Source: Phycisphaerae bacterium (GTDB lineage Bacteria > Planctomycetota > Phycisphaerae > UBA1845). Taken from it: DNA of 64,000 nt. The stretch covers positions 896,001-960,000 of the forward strand of contig CAXXGO010000006.1 of assembly GCA_963666835.2 (NCBI GenBank). The letters run 5' to 3'. A program made the position numbers and the translations under genes. Positions 11,301 through 20,041 of this stretch are shown one piece after another (position 1 is the stretch's first letter; the number at the start of each line of letters is the position of its first letter). The notes beneath the pieces are model-generated. The model saw only the letters and a program-made list of their open reading frames with translations, ran no database searches and was not told where the DNA came from.

Positions 11301-12329
11301 GGGTCTGACGATCTCGCGGCACGGGTTGAGGAGCTTGGCCGGGAGTTGGCGCGCAACAGAGACGACGCCACGCGCCAAGACACCATGCAGCGGCAGGCGG
11401 AGCACCTGGCCGCGCAGATCGAATCAGCCCGCCGACAGGCGGAGGAGTCGGCCCAGACGATCGCGACGCTGTTCAAAGAGGCCGACGTTGTTGATGAAGA
11501 TACATTTCGCAAGTACGGCCGGTTGTACGCCGAGCGGGTCGGCCTGGGCGACGCGATCGAGCAGGCGAAGTCCACCATTCGCGGAATCTCCGGCGAGATG
11601 GACCTGGAGCTTCTGAAGACGAAGCTGGCGGAGACCTCCCGGGAGCAACTTGACGTGCGGCAGGGCGAGGTCCTTGGGGAGGTTGAGGAACTCGAGAAGC
11701 GGTCGCACGACCTGCGCGATACGAAGGCGGAACTGACGAACAGAATCGAGGCCATGAGGACCGCCGACACGGTTTCGCGGCTACGGGCGGACCGGGAGCG
11801 AGTTCTCGCGGAGATTCGCCCGCTGGCACTGCAGTGGACCCGCTACGCTCTTGCCGAAATGTTATTGGACCGGGCGGGCAAGCGATTCGAGAAAGAGCAA
11901 CAACCCCGAGTAGTACGTGACGCGGCCGAGTTCTTCGGCAGAATGACCGGTGGGAAGTACGAGAGGGTCGTTGCCCCAGTAGGTGCTGATACGTTCGAAG
12001 TTGTGACCGCCGCGGACGCCGAGCGCCGGACCCCCGACCAGCTCAGCCGTGGAACGACGGAACAGCTCTATCTGGCGCTGCGTTTTGGATATATCCGCCT
12101 GCGTGCCGCCGATCACGAGCGGCTTCCCATCGTAATGGACGATATTCTGGTGAACTTCGACCCGCAGCGCGCCACCAGGGCCGCCGCGGCGATTCTCGAA
12201 CTGGCGCGGGAGCACCAGGTTCTGTTTTTCACCTGCCACCCCGAGACGGTCGCCCGGTTCCGGCGCGAAGACCCCACCCTTCCGCTCTACCGGCTCCGCG
12301 AATCCTCGCTGACCGTCGAAACTCCGTGA
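8382..12329 (+). CDS. SMC/Rad50-like ATPase (YhaN-like) with a central TM hairpin
   Basis: GDNEAGKST Walker A, long coiled coil, LSRGTTEQLYLALR signature, MDDILVNFD Walker B and FTCH. ATGA overlap with the nuclease gene. Confidence 0.9.
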   Translation: MRITALHINSFGIFRGMSLPDVPPGLVLIQGDNEAGKSTLLWFIRGILFGYPDGRSRDPGYRLGDGETHGGRLEIVTDHDIPYTIARRGVRGGGEVTITDSAGGSGSLHDLLGGTTAQLYRNIYAFSLSELHTIDSLQADGVKGAIYGAASGTALMALPQARKIISDKLDDTFKSRGQKQQINIRLAELDAINESLRETSKDIDRYNEACTQLTKTEAELGELLSRMRDSRIESGRIDTLLKVWPEWVKLQDCEENLRNLPLVVESFPEDGLGRLETANQVLLQNRERLRELVEEHAILRRDIADLNVDPDVLAAGETISVLTESRAGYLAARADLPLKRQAHASVDAEIAELRRRLGPGWTEEEIRTSDCSVSAREAIRRHDQGLTVAGEELARAEQDAAAREETHKQTVADEQRARKKVEQFADSDAVDEQLVRRLQTKRELFREAATDLPQVQADLNTARARVLQNVREIDARWTVENVANFDVSVAAQQKIQDFADRLEITKQDRDKAESLRIAAVELLRAGREQRDAVQEELEQLPEGFDRDELTRRLAAISALEGALRERTENAREIRFSEARLGDKRQELTRLKLQSPASNKVPRWVPFPALLIAAAAPVAGWALGQLPEAGGVSALFAVVAVLCFAWRRRTEARSAGAQKAHTAAVEELSREIRNLESELAVLAEGEVAREEKIDKHARAAALSAKADAEEISTARESIEHDLDVLKSRDRLEADLRKRNEEVQRLTDKLAETDRVLQAHADEMAGVKDDWRNHQQHLGLAPESAVQTVQLIFTKVAAVRDQIAGLEELEKRIARMSTGRDSYLDLARQAPPLAPYCEGPPADLLSAVDRFLEEVQRQQDNMKERALAQRNLAEVGRRVMAASDALKQAREALDTAARRQTTAQTAWQEWLTQRGFDGDMSPPTALDTLKLIEDGVRMLRERDQLDDVIARLDAETAGYEQTAAAVFEKLNRSVPGSDDLAARVEELGRELARNRDDATRQDTMQRQAEHLAAQIESARRQAEESAQTIATLFKEADVVDEDTFRKYGRLYAERVGLGDAIEQAKSTIRGISGEMDLELLKTKLAETSREQLDVRQGEVLGEVEELEKRSHDLRDTKAELTNRIEAMRTADTVSRLRADRERVLAEIRPLALQWTRYALAEMLLDRAGKRFEKEQQPRVVRDAAEFFGRMTGGKYERVVAPVGADTFEVVTAADAERRTPDQLSRGTTEQLYLALRFGYIRLRAADHERLPIVMDDILVNFDPQRATRAAAAILELAREHQVLFFTCHPETVARFRREDPTLPLYRLRESSLTVETP

Positions 12330-12432
12330 CAGTCAGTCAACATGCGACATGTGCGGTGGGGGAATCTCCACGTGCAACGCCCGGGACCGACCACCCTTCC
12401 ATGCCACCGGCAAACCAATGTAGCGCTAGGGC

Positions 12433-12461
12433 TTGACTCGGGCTGCCCGATCCGATAGGAT
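12433..12461 (+). promoter_or_regulatory. Sigma-70-type promoter
   Basis: TTGACT-N17-TAGGAT upstream of the 12489 ORF. Confidence 0.65.
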
Positions 12462-12466
12462 GGGGG

Positions 12467-12481
12467 TGTTACGATGTAATA
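12467..12481. promoter_or_regulatory. Zur/Fur-family-like operator
   Basis: TGTTACGATGTAATA is a near-palindrome with TGTTA-N5-TAACA geometry and overlaps the predicted +1. Confidence 0.5.
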
Positions 12482-12488
12482 TTCCACG

Positions 12489-12815
12489 ATGCGGGTGGAA
12501 CCTAGGGTGATTCGATCGGTTCTGACAATCTCGTTTGGGGCGATGTTGACTGTGGTGGCCAGCGGATGGCCGGCGGCGTCTCATCTGCAGGCTTGCCACG
12601 AGCATCACAGAGAAGGGTCTCATCACGACTCGGACCGTTGCATTGTTTGCCAGACGTTGGTGGCGGCGTCCCAAGGCCTGCAGGTCGCTCCGGCCGCGGA
12701 TATGCTCGAGGTCGCTTATTCCGTTGATGATCATCAACCACCGTCCACTCGGATTCGAGGGCCGGTCGAGTTCCGATCGGCGACTCCCCGCGCCCCCCCT
12801 GAATTCGTTTCCTAG
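12489..12815 (+). CDS. DUF2946-like leader protein (signal/TM, His-rich, CxxC, C-terminal RAPP arrest motif)
   Basis: Hydrophobic N-terminus, CHEHHREGSHHDSDRCIVC, and a C-terminus ending TPRAPPEFVS. Confidence 0.75.
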   Translation: MRVEPRVIRSVLTISFGAMLTVVASGWPAASHLQACHEHHREGSHHDSDRCIVCQTLVAASQGLQVAPAADMLEVAYSVDDHQPPSTRIRGPVEFRSATPRAPPEFVS

Positions 12816-12981
12816 AACATTGTTGAGTTTGCGGTTCGACGTTGTGGGTGTTCGCGGCGCAGTTATGCGCTGACCATAGCGCGCCGGGTAAATCAAACCG
12901 TGCATAGTTCGCGGTAACCGTTCGGTGCGCGAGTAACTTGGAGTACGCGCCGGGTTCAACGCCCGGTGAATGGAGGGTGCA

Positions 12982-13893
12982 ATGATCAAACGACCGATCT
13001 TGGTGATTCTTACGGTGTTGTTGTTTGTCGGGTCTGCGCTGCAGGGACGGGCTCGGGGCGAAACGTGGGGAACTGCGACGTCGCTTTCATCCCAGGACAG
13101 TAGTGCCTGCCCGTTGGCACATACCCATATCGGCAAGAACCCGACATGGAGGCCGGATTGGAGTGACCCCGGCAACTCGGCCGGCGCCACCGATCCGGAC
13201 CCGACCGATGACAACAAACTGTGGTTGTTCTCGATTCCGCCGGTGCATGCGGTTGCGCCTACCCCGGGCTGGCCGAACTGGGGAGAAGAGAACAGTACCC
13301 CGTTCTTGCTACTATCGCCCGCGACTAATCCGAACGGCGATCCGATCTACAAGCCGGGAGACTCGTCGCAGATACTGTACGAAAGTTCTTTCATGTACAG
13401 CGCCGTCGACGGATACGACGATCCGAACGGGGTACTTCATATTGACGGATGGCACTCGGCCCACGGCCCGCAGGGGGCTTGGAACCTCGAGAGCGTCGAC
13501 CAGGCAACCGAGCCGTCGTGGGACATCCGTCTGGTGCGCGAGAGTGTAAGCCTTGCGCAAGATGACTTCTTCATGGCCTTGCCGAATGGCACGACCGTTC
13601 TGACCGCCGACGGTGACGAGTACGCTCTGCAAAAGAGGTGGCTCGATGACTTCTCTGCATGGGGCATGCACGAGCACATGAGCTTCAACTTCTGGCTCGC
13701 CGCTGATGGAAGCGACCTGGGGAGTGAGGTTGTCGCGACGTTCAGCGCCTACGACGCTGGTGGCATGTACACCCCATCGGATGCGTTTGACTTCCGCTTC
13801 AGGGTCGTACCCGAACCTGTGACTCTGAGCATGTTGATGCTCGGCGGGGTCGGGCTGGTCATCCACCGTCGCACCAGGATGAGTCACGTATGA
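12982..13893 (+). CDS. His-rich PEP-CTERM surface protein
   Basis: Signal peptide; CPLAHTH, WHSAH and MHEHM motifs; C-terminal VPEP + TM + RRTR. GGAGG precedes ATG 12982. Confidence 0.85.
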   Translation: MIKRPILVILTVLLFVGSALQGRARGETWGTATSLSSQDSSACPLAHTHIGKNPTWRPDWSDPGNSAGATDPDPTDDNKLWLFSIPPVHAVAPTPGWPNWGEENSTPFLLLSPATNPNGDPIYKPGDSSQILYESSFMYSAVDGYDDPNGVLHIDGWHSAHGPQGAWNLESVDQATEPSWDIRLVRESVSLAQDDFFMALPNGTTVLTADGDEYALQKRWLDDFSAWGMHEHMSFNFWLAADGSDLGSEVVATFSAYDAGGMYTPSDAFDFRFRVVPEPVTLSMLMLGGVGLVIHRRTRMSHV

Positions 13894-13993
13894 CAAAGGT
13901 CTGACGGTCGGCGCGGAGGGTGCGGTCTGCCGGACCCTCCCGCGCCGACCTCGGACGATACTCGCTAAGCGGAAACACGAAAGGAGGCCCGCC

Positions 13994-14728
13994 GTGAGAA
14001 GGACAAAGGCGTTTACGCTGATCGAACTTCTTGTCGTTGTTGCCATCATCGCCCTGCTGATCGCCATGCTGTTGCCGTCGCTGCAGAGAGCTCGGGCGCA
14101 AACCAAGACCATGAGGTGCATGAACAACTGCAAGGAGATCGGACTGGCCGTCGAGCTGTACGGTCAGAACAACTTCGGTCGCTTTCCCCTCAGCGGCGGG
14201 CATGGCGGTGTCGCAGACCCGCAGACCTGGTGGTTCAACGTGTTGGCCCGCGCGGATGTCAATACCTCGCTGCTCTACCGATGTCCAACGGACCCGGCGG
14301 AGAATTTCGTTGACTGGGAGAAGGTGGACTGGGAGGGGGTGGACGACGAGTTCCTCACGAAGCTCCAGGAGAAGCGCTGGGGCAGCTATGCCCTCAACTA
14401 CTTGATGGCCAAGGAGCCCAACCCGTATTGCCACCGCCTTTCGCGAATCAAAAAGCCCACCCACACGATCTTCATCGCTGAGGCGGCGGACACGCTGGCG
14501 GGAGTAGACCACGTGCATCCGGAGCGGTTCCTGCTCATGCCCCCGGAACGCCAGGTGGCCATCGAACGCCACCTCGGCAAGGCCTGCTACCTGTTTGTGG
14601 ACGGGCATGTGGATACCCTGACCCTGGCGGATACCTGGGAGCCGGGAAAGCGGAACCTCTGGGATCCCAAAAACGCGCCCACCTGGAGTGATGATCTGAC
14701 GGCGCCGACACCGCCGCCGAAACCCTGA
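13994..14728 (+). CDS. Prepilin-type N-terminal cleavage / H-X9-DG domain protein (DUF1559-like)
   Basis: [29 protein letters not shown] and [14 protein letters not shown]. Confidence 0.9.
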   Translation: MRRTKAFTLIELLVVVAIIALLIAMLLPSLQRARAQTKTMRCMNNCKEIGLAVELYGQNNFGRFPLSGGHGGVADPQTWWFNVLARADVNTSLLYRCPTDPAENFVDWEKVDWEGVDDEFLTKLQEKRWGSYALNYLMAKEPNPYCHRLSRIKKPTHTIFIAEAADTLAGVDHVHPERFLLMPPERQVAIERHLGKACYLFVDGHVDTLTLADTWEPGKRNLWDPKNAPTWSDDLTAPTPPPKP

Positions 14729-14864
14729 CGTCGTCCGGCAGTCTACTACTAAGTCACACCTGGGTTCTCGGGTGGGCCACCGCTCTTGGGCGGTGCAGGG
14801 ACGGGGCACGGTGCGGAACGTCGAGCGAGACAACATTGCTATTACAACACCTGGAGATGAAACC

Positions 14865-15626
14865 ATGATGCTGCCACACAAGATAGCCGCGGCCACGTCC
14901 CTTATTGTGCTCGTGGCGTTCCAGCCGGTCCGTGCGGACCACGGCTGACCACTTGACCATTTTGCAATTGGTCAATTGCAGGGAAAGCTCTTTGCGGATG
15001 TTGAGGAACTGTACCTCACGCACACGGGGAAGCCGTATCGAAGCCATTACCCACTGAATTACTCGTGGTATCTCAACGCCTACGTAAACGGCGAACCGGG
15101 TTCCGAGCAGATTGAGAATGACCCCGAGCACGAACTAGTAGGAACGCCGGAGACAACGTACGACGTCTGGCTCGATATCGTGGCCCTGTCTCCCAGCCTC
15201 TACGTGTACGTGACAAACGCAGATACCTGGTATTTTGAGGGGGACCGGATTCACCTGAGCAACGTCCCTTATCACCACGTACACGTGGACTACTGGGTGT
15301 TGGCCGCGGACTACGACGAGAATGACCTTATCTACGCCGTCTATAGGTTAGTCGACGAGCAAGACCGGTACGAGCCTTCCGCCGACTTTGCGGTAGTGTT
15401 CAACCGGTCCGTGCCGGGGGACTTTGCATCCGACGGGCATATCGACCTGCAGGACTACGTTCAGATGGCGGCCGCTATGACCGGGCCGGGGACCTCGCAG
15501 CCGGACGCGGAACTTGCAGATGTTGACTACGACGGTGACGACGATGTTGATCTGCGGGATGCTGCTCAGTTCCTGCGCTGTTTCAGTGGCCCGGATGAAC
15601 ATCCTGATCCAAGATGCGCGGAATGA
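14865..15626 (+). CDS. Probable secreted selenoprotein (Sec28) with His motifs and a C-terminal dockerin-like domain
   Basis: GGAG RBS, ATG 14865 and signal peptide MMLPHKIAAATSLIVLVAFQPVRA. An in-frame TGA at 14946-14948 is continuous with ORF 14976-15626. Dockerin-like repeats GDFASDGHIDLQDY and DYDGDDDVDLRD. Confidence 0.75.
14963..14980 (+). promoter_or_regulatory. Bacterial SECIS-like hairpin
   Basis: TGCAATT-GGTC-AATTGCA; the G-first apical loop begins 21 nt after the TGA. Confidence 0.6.
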
Positions 15627-15780
15627 CCGGCGCTGTCGGATTAGGTCTATCGTTCGGGAAGAAGGTGTATCCGGATGGTCCATGGAATTAACGTAGCGCC
15701 GCGGCTTGCCCCTCGTTGTTCTACACATCATTCGACGCATTCACCAACTGCAACCGTTCGATCTTCGATCTCGATTCTCC

Positions 15781-16090
15781 AGCCCGAAGGGCTCAGATGA
15801 AGTAGCCGGGGGCAAGTCCGCCAACGGCGGACGCCGCCCCCGGACCCGATCCCCACAACCTCCCTGACCCCGGTAGGGGTCAAATGCCTTGGGCGAATGC
15901 GTTTCGCGAGGCCGCCATGTCTGTCGACGCATTCTCAATAAGGTCGGATAGCGTCAACAGACGCGCGGTTCATCGACGCCGCCTCTTTCACCCTTCAGGG
16001 TGATTGGGATTGTTGGGCTCCCACCGGGGGCGGCGGCCGCTACGCGGCCTTGCCCCCGGCTACTATCTTGCAGGCTTTCAGCCTGAACAC
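15781..16090. repeat. REP-like hairpin cluster with a 16-bp inverted pair
   Basis: AGTAGCCGGGGGCAAG (15801-15816) and CTTGCCCCCGGCTACT (16049-16064), plus several short GC hairpins. Confidence 0.6.
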
Positions 16091-16223
16091 CGAGCCGGCT
16101 CGACGCCTTTCGCTGAAAAGTAAGCCGCGCCTTGCGGCCTTTCAGGCTGGGGATTGGGTCGCCGCGGAGTCGGACGGATACGCTTCGCTCGCCCGACAGA
16201 GATGTGTAGAACAACGAGGGTCC

Positions 16224-16285
16224 TGTCCCTGGCGCGGAAGCTCGCTGTGTTACGATGACGCCACCCACGAGGGATGGCGTTACAG
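16224..16285 (+). repeat. 62-bp direct repeat, copy 1
   Basis: tgtccctggcgcggaagctcgctgtg...ccacccac...gcgttacag is colinear with 19896-19957. Confidence 0.7.
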
Positions 16286-16613
16286 TGCGTTACGCGCATG
16301 TATGCGAACATCGTGAACAAGCCAAGCGAGTGACCATACTATGGCACTGTACCAGTCCACGGCACGGCGATCGGTGCGGTACGGACCGGACTACGCGGCA
16401 CGGCGACAATCTCCTTTGGTGGATACCCATAACCTCTCCCGTGCGGCAAAGTACTTGAAAAAGGGCGATAATCACGGCTGCCGAATGGCCTCCGGGGCTT
16501 TATGTGCTTCGAGATTGTCCTTTGCCCTGCCTTGCGGGTGCCCGATGAATAGGCGTGCGGGTAAGCCGCGAGTATTCGACACCTTACTCGTCGAACCGAA
16601 GGGAGGCATTGCC

Positions 16614-16874
16614 GTGGAAGAGTCCATCCACACGATAATCGAAGGGATGAACGCCGACGCCCAGATCCGCCTGTTTGTAATCCTCGACGAAACCCTTCGG
16701 GCGTGGGAAGAACGTAACCCTGCCGAGAGACCAATTTCACCCGCCGGCGAAGGCGAGGGCCATCCACCGAAACAACTGGTAGATCTGGTTCACGCCCTGC
16801 GCGATTCCGCCGATCTCGATCATCACGCCATCCCCCCCGAGCTGATGCTGATCGACCGGCCTTATCGGTATTGA
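16614..16874 (+). CDS. Small hypothetical protein
   Basis: GGAGG RBS before GTG 16614, in the 3' part of ORF 16341-16874; protein-like composition. Confidence 0.45.
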   Translation: MEESIHTIIEGMNADAQIRLFVILDETLRAWEERNPAERPISPAGEGEGHPPKQLVDLVHALRDSADLDHHAIPPELMLIDRPYRY

Positions 16875-17215
16875 ACCGGGCGACCCGCAACGTGGTGCTA
16901 CGTCGCCCCCGGGGCCTTCGGGTGTGCCACTGCTCTCGAGCAGTGGACCAGCGGGATACGGTGTGGATTCAACCCGGGCCTTTACGTGTGGCAAAGCGCT
17001 TAACCTGCAAGAATGGACGGCTGGGCGATGAATGTCCGCCAGACATCATCGCCCAGCCGTGCTTTCCGCAGCCCACCGGCAGTCGGGCTGGTTACATGCC
17101 TTCCCCCTTCATCCGGCACTAGGGTCCGGTCCGCGGGGCGGGTCACGCTGTCCGGTCCCTAGACTCCGGGAAGAAGAGGAGAAAGAGGCGCGCTCGGTCT
17201 TATTCGCAAGAAGAT

Positions 17216-18052
17216 CTACGACTCCTCGCCGGATTCCGCCTTCCTTTCCTTGAGCAGTTCCTTGATCTCATCAGGCAAGTCGAAGCGGTCCTCGGGCATA
17301 TCCACATTGTACTCGATGCTCTCGGTCGTCATCCGCCGTTTCGGTCCGGCACCCGTCACCTCCTCGACGAACGGAGTTTTGATTCCGTCCACCTCCCGGT
17401 AATCACTTGAGAAGACCACCAGAGGAATGTCACCCATCGAAGTGGTAATCGTCAGCTCGGTTTTTACCAGCAGTTTGGATTCCTTCTCGTAGTACCGGGT
17501 CTCCGGCTTGCCCTCGTTGGGGGTCATTACGACCTTATAACACGGCTTGTCGTTGACGGTTTCAACGCCTACGCACTCCGCCTTCTTGAAGACCTTACGC
17601 CAGCCGGGCGTGCTGTCGAAGACCGCTCGGCGCAACGTGCCGGCTCTTTCCTCGCCCTCCTTGATTTGCGGGCCTTCCATCATGGACTTGCTCCACGCCA
17701 CTTCGCCGATGGTGCCCTCTTCGATTCTTCCGAGGGCATCTGCCTCGACCACGGCGTAACTCTTGTTGGGCTCGGCCGAGTAGCCGATCACCGAGGCCTT
17801 GATCCCCATCCCCACGAATTCGAGAGTCATCTTACTGACACTGTTGTGGATCTTGGCGTACGCGGCTTTGCCTCCTGTGGCTTTGACAAAATCGTCGACA
17901 ACGTCCTCACCCTTGGGCAACGCCTCATCGCCCGCCAGCAACGCGGCGGGAGCGATCAGCAGCCCCAGCAGCAGTGCCGTAGTGAACCACCCGAACCGGC
18001 TCGCGACCGTCTTTCCCTTGTCTGAATTAATCATCCTCAAGCTCGCCTCCAT
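17216..18052 (-). CDS. Exported LolA-fold / lipoprotein-sorting-like protein
   Basis: Signal peptide; FVKATGG, SDYREVDGIKTPF and FDLP motifs. Confidence 0.65.
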   Translation of the reverse strand: MEASLRMINSDKGKTVASRFGWFTTALLLGLLIAPAALLAGDEALPKGEDVVDDFVKATGGKAAYAKIHNSVSKMTLEFVGMGIKASVIGYSAEPNKSYAVVEADALGRIEEGTIGEVAWSKSMMEGPQIKEGEERAGTLRRAVFDSTPGWRKVFKKAECVGVETVNDKPCYKVVMTPNEGKPETRYYEKESKLLVKTELTITTSMGDIPLVVFSSDYREVDGIKTPFVEEVTGAGPKRRMTTESIEYNVDMPEDRFDLPDEIKELLKERKAESGEES

Positions 18053-18098
18053 CTAGCATTATCCTGCCGAGTGCCCCTTCGAACAGAGCCCGGCCGTC

Positions 18099-18202
18099 TA
18101 ACAGTCCGTTGAAGAAGGTACAGGCACCTCGCCGAAGGCGTCTCGTAATACCGTAAGTGGGAATCGGCTCGGAGCCGGCCCCCTTTTTCAACGGCCTGTT
18201 AA
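18099..18202. mobile_element. MITE-like element with terminal inverted repeats
   Basis: TAACAGTCCGTTGAAGAAGG ... CCCTTTTTCAACGGCCTGTTA. No ORF inside; overlaps the S41 peptidase stop codon. Confidence 0.6.
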
Positions 18203-19536
18203 CCCTGATCACGTATCCAAGCCACCGCCGTCTCCAAAGCCGGATCCCGACCTTCGAGCAGAGCCGCACGCGTGGGCTGAACTTCAATATCCGGAATCAC
18301 ACCGACCCCTTCCAACACCCCGCCGCCTTCCGAGATGTAGTTGGCCGTTGCATACTGAAAGCCGTCACCGTTGGCAAGCTTCTCGATATGCGAAGGAAGA
18401 GACGCACCCGCGGTCGTCGTGCCCACCACTTTGACACGCCCCAAGCCCTGCAAGCCACCGGCCAGTATCTCCGAGGTCGACCCGGAGAGAGCGTCCACCA
18501 GCAAAACAACCGGACCGTCATACGTCTTCGGGCGCGGTTTGACAACGTACTTCAGCTCGTTATCCCGCATGTACATCGTGCCGAGCCGCTGATCTCGCTC
18601 CGCCACGAGCCAGCCGGACATCCCCATGGCCATGGCTCCGATACCACCGGGATTCCCCCGGATGTCGATAACCACCCCGTCGGCGTCCAGGAAGCTCGTC
18701 ATGGCCTTGTTGAACGTCCCCATCACCCTAGTCGGATCGAAGAACATGTTAAACGCGATGTAGCCGATGTTGCCCTCCAACATACGGGTGTCGATCCAGA
18801 CATACGTGGCCGGCAGGTGTCCGAACTGGATTCTCCGGCCCTTGTTCTCCGCACGCACGATGTCGAGCGTCACCATGTCGTCATTGCCGTCACGGAACGT
18901 CACGGCGACGGGTTCGCCGACCGGGCCGCTCAGTCGCGAGGCGACTGCTCCAGTAACTCGGTAACGCTTGCTCGGGGTCTCTTCCAGCTCATCGATGAGG
19001 TTCCGAACGATCGCGGTCACGTCCTCGTCATCCACCCGGAGGACTTCCCAGCCGGGATGCACGCCCGCTGCGGCAGCAGGAGATCCCTCCTCTACGGCGG
19101 TGACCAGAGCCTGCCCCTCCAGCACGCGTACATCAATGCCGGTTCCGCCGTCCCGGGCGCCCTCCCCGGCCGGCGATTGCAGGTCGTCATATAGCTCCGC
19201 CGGGAAGATGGCGAAGTGCGATTTCCCGAGCCGTCCGATCAGTTCGTTCATTGCCGCCCGCGATTCGGACATGACTGCAGCCTGTTCCACCTTCGGCCGC
19301 AGTTCATCGCGCGCTTTCGCCCAGTCGACCCCGCCCAATTCGGGGTCCCAATGGGTATCGTTGATCTTGGTCCACACGTAGTCGAATGACTCGAGATTGA
19401 GCTGGCGCTGCTCGACCGTCAGAGGCGGTTCTTTGGGCGTGGTCGCGCAACCCGTGAGCCCCCCGAGAAGTCCCAAGATGACAGCAAGATAAGCCCCGCA
19501 GACGGCGCGGCGATTCCGTAAAATATGTCCGTACAT
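18199..19536 (-). CDS. S41 family C-terminal processing peptidase with PDZ domain (lipoprotein)
   Basis: Lipobox LTGC, PDZ segment GSPAAAAG, IDIRGNPGG, SGSTSEILA and GVGVIPD. Confidence 0.9.
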   Translation of the reverse strand: MYGHILRNRRAVCGAYLAVILGLLGGLTGCATTPKEPPLTVEQRQLNLESFDYVWTKINDTHWDPELGGVDWAKARDELRPKVEQAAVMSESRAAMNELIGRLGKSHFAIFPAELYDDLQSPAGEGARDGGTGIDVRVLEGQALVTAVEEGSPAAAAGVHPGWEVLRVDDEDVTAIVRNLIDELEETPSKRYRVTGAVASRLSGPVGEPVAVTFRDGNDDMVTLDIVRAENKGRRIQFGHLPATYVWIDTRMLEGNIGYIAFNMFFDPTRVMGTFNKAMTSFLDADGVVIDIRGNPGGIGAMAMGMSGWLVAERDQRLGTMYMRDNELKYVVKPRPKTYDGPVVLLVDALSGSTSEILAGGLQGLGRVKVVGTTTAGASLPSHIEKLANGDGFQYATANYISEGGGVLEGVGVIPDIEVQPTRAALLEGRDPALETAVAWIRDQG

Positions 19537-19895
19537 GATCGCTCCCTTACGTGGTCGATCGCCGTCGCGCCGGGACCCTGGAGTACCTTCCGGAACCGGC
19601 GGAAGACGGTCCTCCCAATGAGCCCCGTGCCCCGCGCGACGAAGCGCCGGACCACCGAATACAACACTACCGGCCTATCGCCGCCGGCACAAGTGTACTG
19701 CTGTAAGCTCTTGTCGCAGAAAGCAAGATCGTGTCCACGTAAAGGACGTTGCGCGTTGCCGAGCGGACATACCCTGGCAGAATGGCGATTCGAGACCTTC
19801 CGAACTCGCAACGGTCAGGCGACAGAAGCGTGTCACTCACCCGGATTACTCACCCAAGCGAAGAAGAGGCGGCAAACCGATGCAGCGCCAGAGCT

Positions 19896-19957
19896 TGTCC
19901 CTGGCGTGGAAGCGCGCTGTGCTTCGATGGCGTCACCCACAAGGAGTAACGCTGCAG
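19896..19957 (+). repeat. 62-bp direct repeat, copy 2
   Basis: Colinear with 16224-16285. Confidence 0.7.
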
Positions 19958-20041
19958 GGGGTCACGCGAATTCGTGCAAATGTCACGAATAATTCGGGCT
20001 AGTCCGCCATCGATTGGCGCGCAAGAATTCCGTCAGCCGTT

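Noticed and set aside
7132..12329. Wadjet- or Lamassu-type SMC defence system
   Set aside because: The motifs and two-gene layout match YhaO/YhaN; there are no jet/lmu partner or effector genes.
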